Positions 49,290 to 64,000 of a stretch of DNA of 64,000 nt are shown piece by piece. This DNA is from Camelus ferus (lineage: Eukaryota). Within the stretch, counting starts at the first letter, position 1; the number at the start of each line of letters is the position of its first letter. The DNA lies in NCBI RefSeq assembly GCF_009834535.1, contig NC_045707.1, positions 4,216,001 to 4,280,000 of the forward strand, given 5' to 3'. Below the pieces are notes generated by a model. That model searched no databases, was not told where the DNA came from, and saw only the letters and a program-made list of their open reading frames with translations. The position numbers and the translations under genes were made by a program.

Positions 49290-50260
49290 ATTTCAAGCAG
49301 CTAGCGAGGGCCGACCAGCGTGGGATCGCGGGCCGTGCAGGGGCCTCGGGGGAGGCTCTCCATCCCCTCGAGTGCGGTGGGACCCCACGGGGCCAAGCCG
49401 GGAGCAGCTCCCTTGAAAGCGCGGATTCTCGCCCTCTCGCCGCGTCCCTGCGAAGGAGACAACGCCTGTCAGCGCCGGCGGTCGGGCGGGTCGCCCCGGA
49501 GGACCAGCCAGCCCCGGCAAGCAGCCTGGCGGGTCCGGCCCCAGCCCTAGCCCTAGGGAAGCTCCGGCGCGGCAGGCCCGCGAGGGGTGGGGCCGGACAA
49601 TTCGCCTCGCCCTCGGGGGCCTGGGCCCACCCAGCTCGCAGCCCCCACCCCAACCTCCTCGCCCGTCACGTGAGTGCCAGGCGAGGCGCCTTCCCGCCGC
49701 TCCCCTAACCCCAGCCCCCGGCCCGGTCCCCCGAGCCGCCGGGACAGCGTGCGGACGCGCAGCCAGTCGCCCCCTCACCGCTGCAGGCCGCCACCTGGAG
49801 CTGCCGGCCACCACCTGGGCCGCGCTTGGGCGGGCGGGCGAGCGCGCGCACCTGAGCCCGACGTCAGCGGCCCCCGCCCGGCGCGTGCTCCGGAAACGCC
49901 CTCCTGCGCTGTCCCGGCTCCCGCCCCGCCGCGGCGTCACCTCTGACGTCAGCCCGACGTCAGCGGCGCCGGTTTCGGGGTTGTGGCCGCCGTGCGGCAG
50001 CGTTGGGCTCCCTGGGGGTGTCGGGCTTTGGAGCCCGGCGGCGATGCCGGCGCTTGCCGCAGGTAGGGCTGGTGCCCAGTTCCTCGGCTCTGTTTCTTCC
50101 AGGGCTGGGCTGGCCGGGCGGCAGGCGGGAGTCCCGCCCCGATGCCTGTCCCGCCCCTCGCCTCCCCTCCCTTTCCCCGGGCGTCGGCTCCTTTCCGGGG
50201 CGGCGACCCGGCCTGCGGCTGCACTTCGTTATTCTTCCTACCCCACCTCTCTCTGACCAG
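49290..50260 (-). promoter_or_regulatory. JOSD1: JOSD1 CpG-island promoter and probable non-coding exon 1
   Basis: Very CpG-rich. Minus donor GCG|GTGAGG at 49779/49778 and acceptor cctag at 49268. CRE TGACGTCA at 49944-49951; E-box GTCACGTGA at 49665-49673. Confidence 0.72.
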
Positions 50261-50834
50261 GCTTCTTGGGCAGAGTGCTTTCGCCAACCTGGACTAGCTG
50301 CTCCTGCGCTGACCGTTTTATGTTTGGCTAGCATGCCGTTCACCAGGTGATTTCAAACCACCTTACGCGGTTGGGCGCAAATTCTATTGGTTAGTGGGCC
50401 AGACCGCCCTCACTTTCCAGGAGCTCTGAGGGTAAGTGCCTCTCCGGGAGTCACGTTTCAAGTGGAATAGAGTCCTGTTTGAGTTCTTTGGTGTCGTATT
50501 TCAGTTTGCCACTCACACACCACTGTCCTCTTGGTTTCAGGCTCCTCTCTCGTCTCACGGTGGTGGCCACAGAGCCTTACTCTCTGAGTTAGCTCAAGGC
50601 ATATCTTAGTGCCTTGTGTGTCAGGAAGATGGACTCAGTCCCACGTGGATCTTTTGCCCTTTTCTTACCCAAAGACATGAAGAAGGCATCAGCAAATATT
50701 CATCACCCACTTTAGTTGTTTTCCCTTTGGGTTTTTGTTCAGAAAATTGGAAAAACAATAAAGGAAAAGATCGCCCTTAACAATTCAGTTATTTCTTTAA
50801 CCCTGCTTCAACACTGTAAAACAAATTGTAACAC

Positions 50835-51193
50835 TGTAAAAACAAAATTCAACTGAGTAAATTTGAAAATCTAATTGGCTTTGTTAAACAATTCATGAAT
50901 CGGGCAGCATCCCGTCTAGTAAGTAGAAAAGTGCTCCTAGGAGCTGCACAAAATGGAAGGTTTTTAATAGGCAGAAGAAAGAGTGGATTGTTTCAGGGAA
51001 GGTCACATTCCCTTACAGGAAGGCAAAAGGTCTTATCAGGCAGATTACCTTACTAGTGTTGGTTAGGAAAATCCAGACTGATTCTTTTAAGATTCCACTC
51101 CTGACAGAGGCTGAAACTGCAATTAGGTTAGATGTTAAATCTTGGTGGGGCTTAACACAAGTGACTCCATTCGGGGCTTGTTTCTTTTTAACA
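50835..51193 (-). mobile_element. Old ERV1-class (MER4-group-like) solo LTR
   Basis: TG...CA termini on the minus strand (TGTTAAAAAGAAAC...TTTTACA); no clean TSD; family from recall. Confidence 0.6.
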
Positions 51194-52549
51194 CCGCCAT
51201 TAAACTCAGCACAGAATTAATCACTTAACACACATGCTTGACTGCCTACCACATGATTGGGAGTCCTTTGCCCTGAGACAGACAACTTTTGAATTATCTT
51301 AAAATTTTGTAACTTGTTAGCCACCTAAGGGTTACAGTTATAATTGCATAAAATTCATAATTGAGGCTTGTAAGCACTAAGTGTTTTGTGTATTTTAACT
51401 CATTTACTACTAACTATCCACTTTTTTTAAAATTTTTTGAGGCAATAACTGAAGCAGAGAGGTTAATTAACTTGCTTGATGTCACATAGCTAGTAAGTAG
51501 TGGACCTAGGATTTGAACCTAGGTTCTAACCTGTCTTCAGAAAGAGGATGTAAGGATGGTAAGGAATTCCCTCTCTAAAATGTGATTTCAAACTTCTCTA
51601 TTCAACTCAAGAAGCACCTTCTCTGAGAATTTTATTTTTTTTCTGGGCAAAACCCTATAGTGAGAAGGGCATTTTTTTTTAGCCTACCAACTGATGTCAG
51701 CACATTCTGAACTTGAACTCTTTCTGGAAGAGCCAGTTGATAAGATGCTAAATATCAACATTATTCTATAATATAATGCCATGACATTTGTCTCTTCTGC
51801 CAAATTGAAATTTTAATATTTTTATCTATCTCACGGAGGCATATGTAGGATAGTTGTGAGCAATTTAGCCAGGAAAAAAAAATGAAGAACTACTATTAAG
51901 ACCTTTGGAGCTGCATGACTCCTTGTCCGAGATTCCCAGCTGTGTTTGTAGAGATAAAATTTGATTGTAGTTGCAAACAGGAACAAGAAGAGGTTGCCTC
52001 TCAACCCTCAAGTAGATCCCTGAAACTGAAGGCCATTTGGAACCCTGCCTCTTGCTGGCTAAATCTTGTATTCCAAAACCCTAAATCTGGGTACGTTATT
52101 TTCTGAAATGGTTGCTCTTTCTTGCTTGTTGCTTAGGACGAGTGGACATAGCATTATTAGAGTTTGACTAACCCCTAATGTCATCAAGCTTTTCAGTCTT
52201 TTGAAACTGGAATTCAAAAGACACTAAAACTTGTGTTGATAGTATTTTGGATTGGGGTTTTCCACGCTCATGACACTGGAAGAATCACCCATAGGAAACT
52301 ACCTTAACAGACGCTATTTCTCGGCCTTACAGTTCACAAATGTAACGAGGTGCTTCTATTTGAGCTGGTTGCCTCATTTTGGTCTCGTAATTGCTCTTTC
52401 CGCAGAAACAGTGAATGGAGAATTCTCCCTAAGGTCTGAGGTTTAATTTCCTCGCTTTAGCCGCTATAGTATTCCAGGCATCGATCCTACCAGTAAAATT
52501 GCCTGGAGATTGCCAGCACATCGAAAGTCGGTCTTCAGTGACTGCTCGG

Positions 52550-53830
<1,281 letters not shown>

Positions 53831-55942
53831 TCAGTCCGGGAGAGATGTCTGAAGAATATCTACTTTACAAATGCACACAAAACAAAAGTGAAAGATGGGC
53901 ATGACCCATCATTTCGCCATCCTGGAAGTGGGACTTTATCTCGTATGAATGGAATAATGAAGGACGTTTTAAATAGTGTCTTTTGAGCTCGTGAGAAGAT
54001 AGGCAGGATTTAAGGGCTCACCTTCTGCTTGGCAATGGGGGGATTAGAAAGTAAGCATAATTTGGGACTGGTGTTTTGAAGGTGCCTAACATCGCTAAAG
54101 GAAAGAATGCCAACTTGAGAGTCAGGCAGGGTTGGGTTCCCTTTCCTGCCCTGCCAGTTAAAAGGGCTTTGTGACCTTGGGGAAGTTTCTTAACCTCTCA
54201 GTTCTCCAGCAACATCATCATTTAAGTACAGATGTGTTGTAAAAGTGAGAAATGTATGTAAGAAACCTACAGTACTGCTGGATACATACTACTCAGTAAA
54301 TGTTAGAAGTGAACTAGATAAACTAGTAATTTCCTGTGCAGATTAAATAGCAGCTGATGCAACATAGAACACCAGTATCACCTTCTACCTGTTGTTGGAT
54401 ACTTACAATAGAGATGTTTAATGAATTTTGAAAACATTTGTGACTTTTCAGTCTGTGGTGGGTGGCAAAATTGCATGAAACTTGGTCCAAACTGGGGAGA
54501 ACTTTACCTGCAACTAACTGCTCTCCCTTTAGTCTCAGCTGATTACTTAGAAGCCAGTGCTCCACCTTATCACAGTGATCCTGTCTGGTGCCTCTAATAC
54601 CATAATGAGGATGGCCAAGTTTGGAGAGAGGATAGTGAGGGGAAATGTGTGAGGCAATGGGACACAATGTAAAAGACCCAGGCAGCACCCAAGTTCAAAG
54701 TACAAGCTCTGATGAGTAAACTCAGGAAATTGTAAGAGATGCACTTGACTCAGAAGCAGATGAGCTAGATATCAATTCATGGTCAAGGTGCTGAAGAAAC
54801 CTGAAAACAATGGGAAATTGCATGACAGAATTGCAAAGAGAGTAGTACCTTCATTTCCTAACCAACTTATTTAATGTTCCAGGATAGGGAAGTGTTGTTT
54901 CATACCTAGTTGGGGAAATGCTTCTCACGGTTTTAGAGTAGAGAAGCTATAGATAAATTTGGTGTTATCAAAAAGAAAAACTGATGTGAAGGGAGAGACG
55001 AGATGGGTTGAATAGATTTGATTCCTGAGGGAAAGATTAAAAGCTATAAGTTTATATACTTTACTTGCTACAGTTAAATGTGGGGACAAACCTAAGGCTC
55101 TGAGAGCTTCCAAAGGGAGAAACAGTTAGTGAACTGTGGTGGCTATGTTCATCCAAGATTTTTCTAGGAATGATGGGGTAAAGAAAACTGTAATTATGAC
55201 TTACTGAGTTGTGGACTAGATACTTTCCATGTTATCTTATTTGGTCTTTACAGTGGCCTTAGGATGCAAATGGTAGTGTCTCCATTTTGTAGATTAAAAA
55301 ATTGAGACTCAGAGGTTAAGTCCTTTATCCAAGGTCACACATGAGTGGTGAGAGAATGGGATCTGATGTATCTATTGGTAATGGCCTTCTCAAATAAGTG
55401 GTTGATATTTTAATGTTATTGGCAGAAATTTGCAAAATGATGGTGCTAATACCCATATTAGTGGTAATGGTGCTTTGTTGATAAAGATGACTCTTGTAGC
55501 AGTTTTTACTGCCGATTTCTAAATAATCAAGATAGTCACAACAAGATGGAATACAATTCTTTTGTTATTATGGGAATCATTGGCTTTGGGTGGAGGACAT
55601 GGCAGTGTATGAGATCTCTGTCCTGTGAGTTGCAAGCTGCAGGTAGAAGATTTTGGCATGTAGGTCTAAAGCACTGCTCATTAGTTTCTACCTACAATGC
55701 CAGATTCTCAGTCATTGTGGATCCTGCCCCTCCTGTTAAGTAGCAGGATGCAGGCTGCTTACACCCTCTTTTCTGTGGGTTGTGGTTCAGACATACATAC
55801 TCATTTTAGTACTCCATATAACTCAGCTCATGTAAGGCCTTGGGCTCAAAAGCTATTTAAGGAGAGGCAGAGAGGGCATGAGGGGGCTGCACAGCTATTT
55901 CAGATCAGTGTGCTGTGGGGTTCAGCCAGGGTCTTTGGTCAG

Positions 55943-56162
55943 NNNNNNNNNNNNNNNNNNNNNNNNNNNNNNNNNNNNNNNNNNNNNNNNNNNNNNNNNN
56001 NNNNNNNNNNNNNNNNNNNNNNNNNNNNNNNNNNNNNNNNNNNNNNNNNNNNNNNNNNNNNNNNNNNNNNNNNNNNNNNNNNNNNNNNNNNNNNNNNNNN
56101 NNNNNNNNNNNNNNNNNNNNNNNNNNNNNNNNNNNNNNNNNNNNNNNNNNNNNNNNNNNNNN
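55943..56162 (+). CDS. GTPBP1: Probable location of GTPBP1 exon 2 (about 112 nt) inside an N run; not visible
   Basis: Exon 1 ends in phase 0 and exon 3 starts in phase 1. The missing segment (human [37 protein letters not shown]) was not found in the visible intron, and this is the only masked interval between the exons. Confidence 0.45.
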
Positions 56163-58429
56163 ATTTAGAGCACATTTTCCCTCTTTAATCAACTTTTCCT
56201 GTTCATGTGTATCAGTTGCAATGATTCTTTAGTGTCTGCAGAACTGTTTGGGAGGACATAAAAGTACAAAGTGATAATTTTAATTCTCATCGTAGTGGTC
56301 ATAATATGCTTGACTTTAAAGATTCACTTTCCAAGCGGTTTTACAGATACTTCTTTTCTACCTCCAGTACTCTACATTTGCATAAGGGGAGATGAAGCAC
56401 AAAGCAAGGAAACTTCTTGTCCAAGGTAATAGAGTAAGTCACACTTAGGTCTGGAATTAAGCCTTCCCTAGGCAGCTCTAGGTCTTCCCCTCCAAACCTG
56501 TTTGCAGATCCCATTGCTACCTACTGCCTGCTTAGCAAGAAACCTCTGTGATACTTCTTGATGTCAGCGAGAAAAGGACACCCAGAATTCCTCTCTTCAG
56601 CAAGGCTGCCTTGCCCCTGACCACACTGACCTTTCAGTGGGTATTGCTGTGATAACAAAGGTCCTCTTTTCTCCCTGTGAGATCCCATGAGACATGTAGC
56701 CTTGTTGCTGTTCTGGAAGGGACTTGTTACTGCCCTCCAGTCCCCTTATTCCATTGTAATGGGGCCCATTCCTTTAGAAGAAGGCAGCCCCCATTGTAGA
56801 ATTCCAGATTATATCTTGGGCTTTTTTTCCCTGGTCATTCTTAGTTTATACCCTCAATACAAAGCCTGCTTACCCTCTTCTTCAATATGACATTATCCTT
56901 GCTGAAATGGTAGCTGGGCTTGTTTGAATAATTACGAATTTAGCCTGTACCAGATCTTGTGTCTCATCTTTGCAGAAATCCCTAATAGGCCTCAGTGCAA
57001 TTAAAGGAACAGTTCTCTTTGGTGAGTGTAGGTGTTGTAAAGGCAAGTAATAATTCTTTTGTAGTCTTGAGTTTAAGGTGGAGGAAATCTCAAAAGTCAT
57101 TCTGTAACTATTTGACAAATATCTATTGAGTATCTTCTTAAGTCTTGATACTGTTGCAAAGCACTTTTGGATACTTAAAATCTGGCCTCTGTCCCAAGAA
57201 GGAAAGATGGCTTGTATACAGTTAACCTCAGTTGAAAACAATATTTGGAAATACTGCAAGAATGACACGAGGAAGAAGGGTTTGATCTCCAAATATTGCT
57301 CTGCCATCCTTTGAAATGTTTCTCTTATCTGTCCTTTCCTTTCCATCTTTGCTATCACCTCCCCAGTTTTAGGTCTTATCATGTCAAAGAAGGAATGGTC
57401 AGAGAGATAGGCAAACCAAGAGGCTGCATGTCAAAGAAGAGTGGAAGTTGGCCAGCATTGTCAAGTGTTACAAACACAACAAGAAGTCAGGCTCAGAAAA
57501 AGGCATTCCATTTGGTGACTAGGGGATCAATGGTTACCTTTTGAAAGCTTTTGTGTCAGGTGCACATCTGGCCCACTATAATAGAATGAACCATTCAAAG
57601 ATCACTTCAGGCTTATAGAACTGAAGAAACCACATCCAGATCAATTTTGACAAGTGTTGGGACTGTTCTTTGAAGACCAAGATTCTTAAAGCCCTCTCTT
57701 TCCCCCTGTTCTTTAATGTGGACTCTTAGTGAATTTTACTATACCTTGATGGCTCACAGCTAATTAACCCTCCCATGACAAAGCTTAAGAAGATGTCAAA
57801 CATTCATTAACACATATCTTACCCACCCAAACATTATCTTTGCATCTAGCAATTGGATGCTATTAGATTCATAGTGAGTCCTTTCCTGCTGGAATTCTTA
57901 AGAGGTAGAAAGAGATCATAACTAGTTAAACAAGTTGAACATCAAACAGAGGACAAACCAGATGCAAGACCCCCAGGAGTCAGCTGCATCACTGACTTCT
58001 GTGTGTGCTTGGTACTTCACGTCTGTTTATCACTTCCTTCATCTGTGAAATGGGGCTAATGACATCCCCCCAACCTCAGAGAAATTTTGTACAGATAAAT
58101 TAGAGTTTAAAAACTTCTAAGCAGGGCAAAGGAATGTGTTCTTTGAGAATACATTCTTAAATTAAGGTTGGTATTTTAAAAGGAGGCAATGTGACCTAGT
58201 AGTTACTTCAGGGTCTGGAACCTGGCAGGTCTGAGTTTGCCTACTGGCTCTTTACCTTGTCTTAAAATGGGGATAAAAATAGAATCTAGTCTCTGGTGTC
58301 ATGGTTAAGATTCACACTGGGCATATAGTAACCACTATATAAATGTTAGTATTAGTAGTTGCAGTAGTAATTTTTAAGAGTTCCAGGTTATAGTTGACTT
58401 ACCCTGAGATTTCTTTCAAAAAGAAACCT

Positions 58430-61400
58430 TGTTCATTCTGCAAATAGTAAATCATGACTTTCTAAGAACCAGGTAATGTAGTAAAAGTTCAGGGAACATG
58501 GGAGGAGTGTTGTCTTTGTTGGAGGGTCAGAAAAGTCTTGAAAGCATTTCTGGGAGGAGGTGCCCCTTGAGTGAATTCTAAAGGATGAGTAGAAATTTTC
58601 CAGGTTAATGGAGGCAGCAGTGAGTGAGTAGAGAAAGCCACATGCACAAAGGCATGGAGACATTAGTATGCCGCCTGTGGCATATTCGGTGGACCAGAAG
58701 TGATTCAGTAAAGTGAGGGTGTAGAGTATGAGGTTGAGAGTATTAGGAGGGGATACTGGACAAGTAGTCAGTGCCCAGCTCTGAGGGTCTTTGGATGCCA
58801 TACCAGTGTGTTTAGAATTTTATCCTAAGTTTGGGGAGACTTTGTATCACCTTGAGCAGGAGAGTACAGATAGAAAAGGCAAGTCAGTGGGCAGGACTCA
58901 AATCTGGTCCAGTTCCTGCATGGCTGAATATGCAACCTTTAGTAATTGGACCTCTACAGCTTTTCTTCTTGGCCTTTGTTTCCACTCCTACAGAGGGAGG
59001 AGTACAAGGCATGCTGGAGAAGAGTGAGCATTTTCTGGAAGCGTTGGATGGATAAGGTCACACCAGTGATTGCCCCCTAGTGTGGGACAAGACCTGAAAG
59101 CATTGCTTTTCATTGTACTAGAAGCAAGAAAGGTTGGGTAGAATTTGGGGGTCTCGCAGGAATGGCAGGACTATCAAGCCTTCTCTTAGGAACACTTCCA
59201 ACAAGTCCTTCTCTAACCCAGATTTCCAGAGCTCAGTTGGCCATGCATTTAGAAACTCCTCAACCCAACTGCTCTCCCTTTGTTGATCTGTTTTGCATTT
59301 TACAAACATTTGAGGACTTAGTATAGGAAAGGCGCCCCTGTGGAGCATCCAGGAATGTTTGAGATATGATCCTTGTCCTCAGGAGGCTTATGTATAGTGA
59401 GAGAAGACATGCATCCAAAACACTATCCATGGTAAATTGTGTAAGGGAGCAGAATGGGTAGGGTTTGGACAAGTGGAGATATGCTGATTGGCTTTCTAGG
59501 ATAGGAAATGCATGAACAAAGGTTTAGAGCTGGAAAAGTGCAGAGAACATGGGAGGATGGTAACTGGGCCACCTGCACTGGAACAAAACTTAAAAGGAGA
59601 AAATAGGTGCATGGGGTGGGATAAATGGGGGAAGCCTCTAAGGAATTGGAACTGAATGCTGCTGGTCCTGGGGAGCCCTTCCAAGGCTTTGACTCAGAAG
59701 TGACAGCATCAGAGCTGTGCTTTGTTAGGAACTTAAGCTAGTGTGTCTATGCAGGATGGGTTGGAAGGATTGCTAAGACCAGTTAGGGATCTCTTGTGGT
59801 GATTCAGGTAGAATAAGGGCCTGAAACAGACTAGTGGCATTGGGTTGGCAAAAAGAGGACAGCAGGGACAAGGAAGGGGGCAAGATATAAAGCTAGAGTC
59901 AGTAGGACTGGAGTGATAAATGTTAATAAGCTTGGGTGACTGGAAGGACAGTGTTGTCATCAGAAATATGGAAGGTAAGAGGAGGAACTCATCTGGCGTT
60001 AAGAGGTACCCTTGCCAGAGGAAAAGACTATACGTTTGGAATCATAAGACCCAAGCTCACATGGCCCCTCTACTCCCTACCAGCTCCAAGACCTCTCTGG
60101 GTTGTTTATCCCACTATTAAATGGGAATGGTAATGGCTGACTCATGGAGTTGCATTGAGGACTAACATGCTTTATTAAGTTTTTGTACTGTTGTTAAAAA
60201 ACGGAGTGGAATGGTTGAGTTTGGACATCACGCTTCTAGAATTGTCATTTAGGCAATTGGAAATTCAGCCTGGAGCTCTGGGAAGAGGACTAGTTATGAA
60301 TGTTTTTGTAGTTTTCAAAATGACTGTTGAAGCCATAGAATGAGATGACCAAGGGGAATGTTTTGAGGCTAGAGAAGAGGGCCACTGACTGACTACTGAA
60401 AAAGATTGGCATCTGGGGACAGGAGCAGGAAGAGCCAGCAGAGGAGACAGAATAAAGAACAAGAGGGTAGGGGCGTGAATCAGGAGATTTCGGGTCATAG
60501 GCAAGCAGTGTGGAAGGGAAGTGCTTCAGGAAACAAAGGGAGGGGGAACTATATTCAATATATTGTAGTAACCTATAGTGAAAAAGAATATGAAAACGAA
60601 TACATGTATGTATATGTATGACTGAACTATTATGCTGTACACCAGAAATTGACACAACATTGTAAACTGACTATACTTCAATAAAAAAAAAAGAAAGAAA
60701 CAAAGGGAGGATGGCCAGCAGTGTCCACTGCTGCAGGAGTCAAGGAAGGGGCATTGGATGAATGGGTAGAAGGCTGTCGATGACTTGAAAACCAGTTTTT
60801 TCCAGAGATCAGCGAGTAGGTAGTGAGGAAATACAGTCAACAAGTGTTCATTACTCTGGAGATGCTTGGAGAAGATGGTAGCTCAGTAGATAAGCAGAGC
60901 CAAAGGAGGAGGGGCTGGGTCTTCTTTTTGTAGTTTAGAAATGACTTGAGCTTGTTTGTAAGGGGAGAAGTGGATAGGGGTGAGAGAAGGTGCTGCAGGG
61001 TCTTTCTAGGCAGGAAAAGAGAAGAGGTTGGGCACATGTGGGGCGGGGGGATGAGCCCAGAGAAGGAGCAGGGGTGCTCTTGGAGACAGGCTGGAGGAGA
61101 AGCTGAGGGAGTTACTGTGGGAATAAATATGATACGAGGCTGAAAGCACCTGACTGGGATTGTCATACCATAGGCACTCAATACATTATTGGTTGATTGA
61201 TCAGTCCTTCCCCATCCTAAGCTCAGACTTGCTGGACGTTTCACCTGAGCCACCTCAGTTAAAAATCTACCCCTAAAATCATTCTTAAATTCTCTCCCCA
61301 TTTTCCTTTGTCTCCTGTCCTCATTATCTCTTGCCTGGACTATTAGAATTACTTCCTAACTGGGCTCCCCGTTTCTGGTCTCTCGCTTGCCAGTGCACAT

Positions 61401-61960
61401 GTTATACTGCTGCTCAAGAGGTCTTTCTGTCCTACAGCGATCTGATCATGTTACTCCCCTGTGTAACCCCCAAGGCTTCTGACTGTCTGACATATATGTG
61501 TTTTGCTGCTGTGTGATGTCCGTCTGCTTAACCGTTTCCACCTCTCATGTGGTTTCCTGCCACCCGACATCCTGCTTCCCAACACACTGTGCTGCTAACT
61601 GGTCCCTGTATGTGGCATGATCTGCCATGTTCCATGCTTTGTTCCACTGCCTGCCTAGGATGTCTTTCCTTCTTTCCCTGCAGGCCCTTTTTTCATGTTT
61701 GGAAGCCCAGCTTGGAGTCAGCACCCTGCAAAGCTGTCCTCAGCTTCCCTAGGCAATGCTAGTTGCTCATGCTTTACATTCTCTTTGTACAGTTCTATCG
61801 TACAGCACTCAAGTTGTATTGCAGTTAATTAATTTCCTGTCTTTCCTGCTGGGCTGTAAGCCTGCTGAGGGCACGTGTATTCCCCGTACCCAGCATGAGG
61901 CTTGGCATAAAACCTAGGAGAGTCTCAGTGATTACTGTTGAATGAATTAATGAATGCCCT
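58430..61960. mobile_element. Cluster of L2 remnants (minus about 58430-61150, plus about 61270-61960)
   Basis: Purine-rich L2 antisense pattern, then a plus-strand L2-like 3' end gttgaatgaattaatgaatg; boundaries approximate. Confidence 0.55.
60544..60696 (+). mobile_element. Young 5'-truncated L1 3' end (cetartiodactyl type) with perfect 14-bp TSD
   Basis: ...acacaacattgtaaactgactatacttcaat plus A tail, flanked by GAAACAAAGGGAGG at 60530-60543 and 60697-60710. Confidence 0.88.
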
Positions 61961-62079
61961 GCTTAATGGGGAAGCCCTTGGTCCTATTATTTCTTAACTC
62001 TACATGTGCCCACATTTTTGAAATATCAGGTAGAGAGAGCCATGTTCTTCTCCAGTGTCCAGGGTGGGGCCTTGGTTAG

Positions 62080-62316
<237 letters not shown>

Positions 62317-62898
62317 TGAGGGGCCTTCAGAGCAGCTCAGGGGTCACCTGCAGCATGACCTTGGGGTCTAGGGCTTCACAAAGAATGGTGATTGAGCCTT
62401 TGACACCTGGCATTTGGGCTTCGCCCTTTCTCTTCCTGAAGCATGGAAGAAGTGTCCAGAGACATTGATAGCTCCATTCTCTATTTCTGTACTTCCTCAT
62501 CCCTAAATATTTCCATTTGGGAAGAGTGGGAGAGAGGCCAGCCATACATCCTGTGGCCATTTTGGGGGCTGCATTTGCTTTTCGATCAGTGTGAGAAGCT
62601 AGAAACCAGGGGAATGGAGGGGAGCATTTTGTGCCTCTCTTGGCTTTAGGGCTCCTGTCTGGCAGCTTTGGGGAAGCTAGTGGAAGTTAAGGGAGAAAGC
62701 CATTGTGGTGGGAACCCAGTTCCTCCTGAATAACTTTCTATTCCCTGGATACATCTCCCAGTGTGCTCATCCATGAATAGAAGGAGCAGTGAGCTGGAGA
62801 GGCTCAGGGGTGAACCTGGCCTTATGGATCCAGCTGCTGGGGTTCACTTCACTCACCCACTAACTCTCACACAAATGTATTGGTTCATGTACATGCAG

Positions 62899-63319
<421 letters not shown>

Positions 63320-64000
63320 TGAAATTATTTTGAGACGAGGCCTTTTAGTTTAGGGTTTTGACATTGGGTAAGGACTACAGGTTTTGCAGATGTGCCCAGT
63401 CTTCTGAGCTCTGCGTCTTCTCAAGGGGTGTACGTCAATCTTTCTCCTCGGCTAGGCCAGGAAGAGATCCTTGTAGCAGATACCGAGGTGCCATCTGCAG
63501 ATCTCTCTTATTGTTTGGAGAGGCACAGAGGAGGGTTTCTCCTGGGGTGTTCCTATTACCTTCAGGAGGGTTTTCTCCTGGGGTTGGGCTACTTTGTGAT
63601 GATACCAGGAGCACCCTTAAAGATGGGGAGGCCTGGGGAAGAAATGGAGGAGAGCACAGACAGTGATTGGAGAGGCCTGAGAGGTGGCCTCTTCTGAAGC
63701 CTGGAACGAGTGTCACCCAGACCTACAGGTACTTGTTGAGAGACTTCTGGATGCCTAGCACTGTGTGGGGCCTGAACAGGAGAGCAGTGAACAGGCCGTC
63801 CGGAGCTCACGTAGAGCTTACAGTCTAATGGGGATAGAGCTTTCAGCAGCTCATCACGTAGGTAAACTGAAAAGGAAAGGGAGCAGGGGCTTCTTTCAAC
63901 ATGCTGGCTCATGTTGTGAAGCGTGCATTGGGTCCCTTTGCTGTCTTCCTCCCTGGCCAGAGAGTTGGAGTCTGTGAGGCCCACAGCCTTGGTCAGGACT

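Noticed and set aside
49177-50350. Long GC-rich ORFs (up to 215 aa) on both strands in the JOSD1 island
   Set aside because: Arg/Ala/Gly/Pro-rich low-complexity products expected from stop-poor CpG-island DNA; several start at non-ATG codons and none resembles a known protein.

Overview
This is mammalian genomic DNA, most likely camelid: it carries a tRNA-derived SINE that resembles Vic-1. It covers the conserved block FAM227A(-), CBY1(+), TOMM22(+), JOSD1(-), GTPBP1(+), syntenic with human 22q13.1. I rebuilt exon structures by hand from splice signals and recalled orthologous proteins. CBY1 (127 aa) and TOMM22 (142 aa) are complete. JOSD1 (202 aa expected) is partly hidden by N. FAM227A has 9 coding exons (958 nt) here and runs off the left edge. 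GTPBP1 has exons 1, 3 and 4 visible, exon 2 probably under N, and continues past the right edge. Four CpG-island promoters are present, and FAM227A/CBY1 share one bidirectionally. Introns are rich in L1, L2, MIR, LTR and DNA-transposon remnants, and family names come from recalled consensus features, not a search. Ten N runs of 132-220 nt behave like length-preserving masks. I found no convincing wholly new biological system. The best leads are a U12-type minor intron and a probable GC donor in FAM227A, an RFX X-box in the FAM227A/CBY1 promoter, a stop-free in-frame 84-nt intron in CBY1, a JOSD1 leader with several uORFs and a G-rich tract, an antisense splice donor at the GTPBP1 promoter, and several very short retrotransposition scars.
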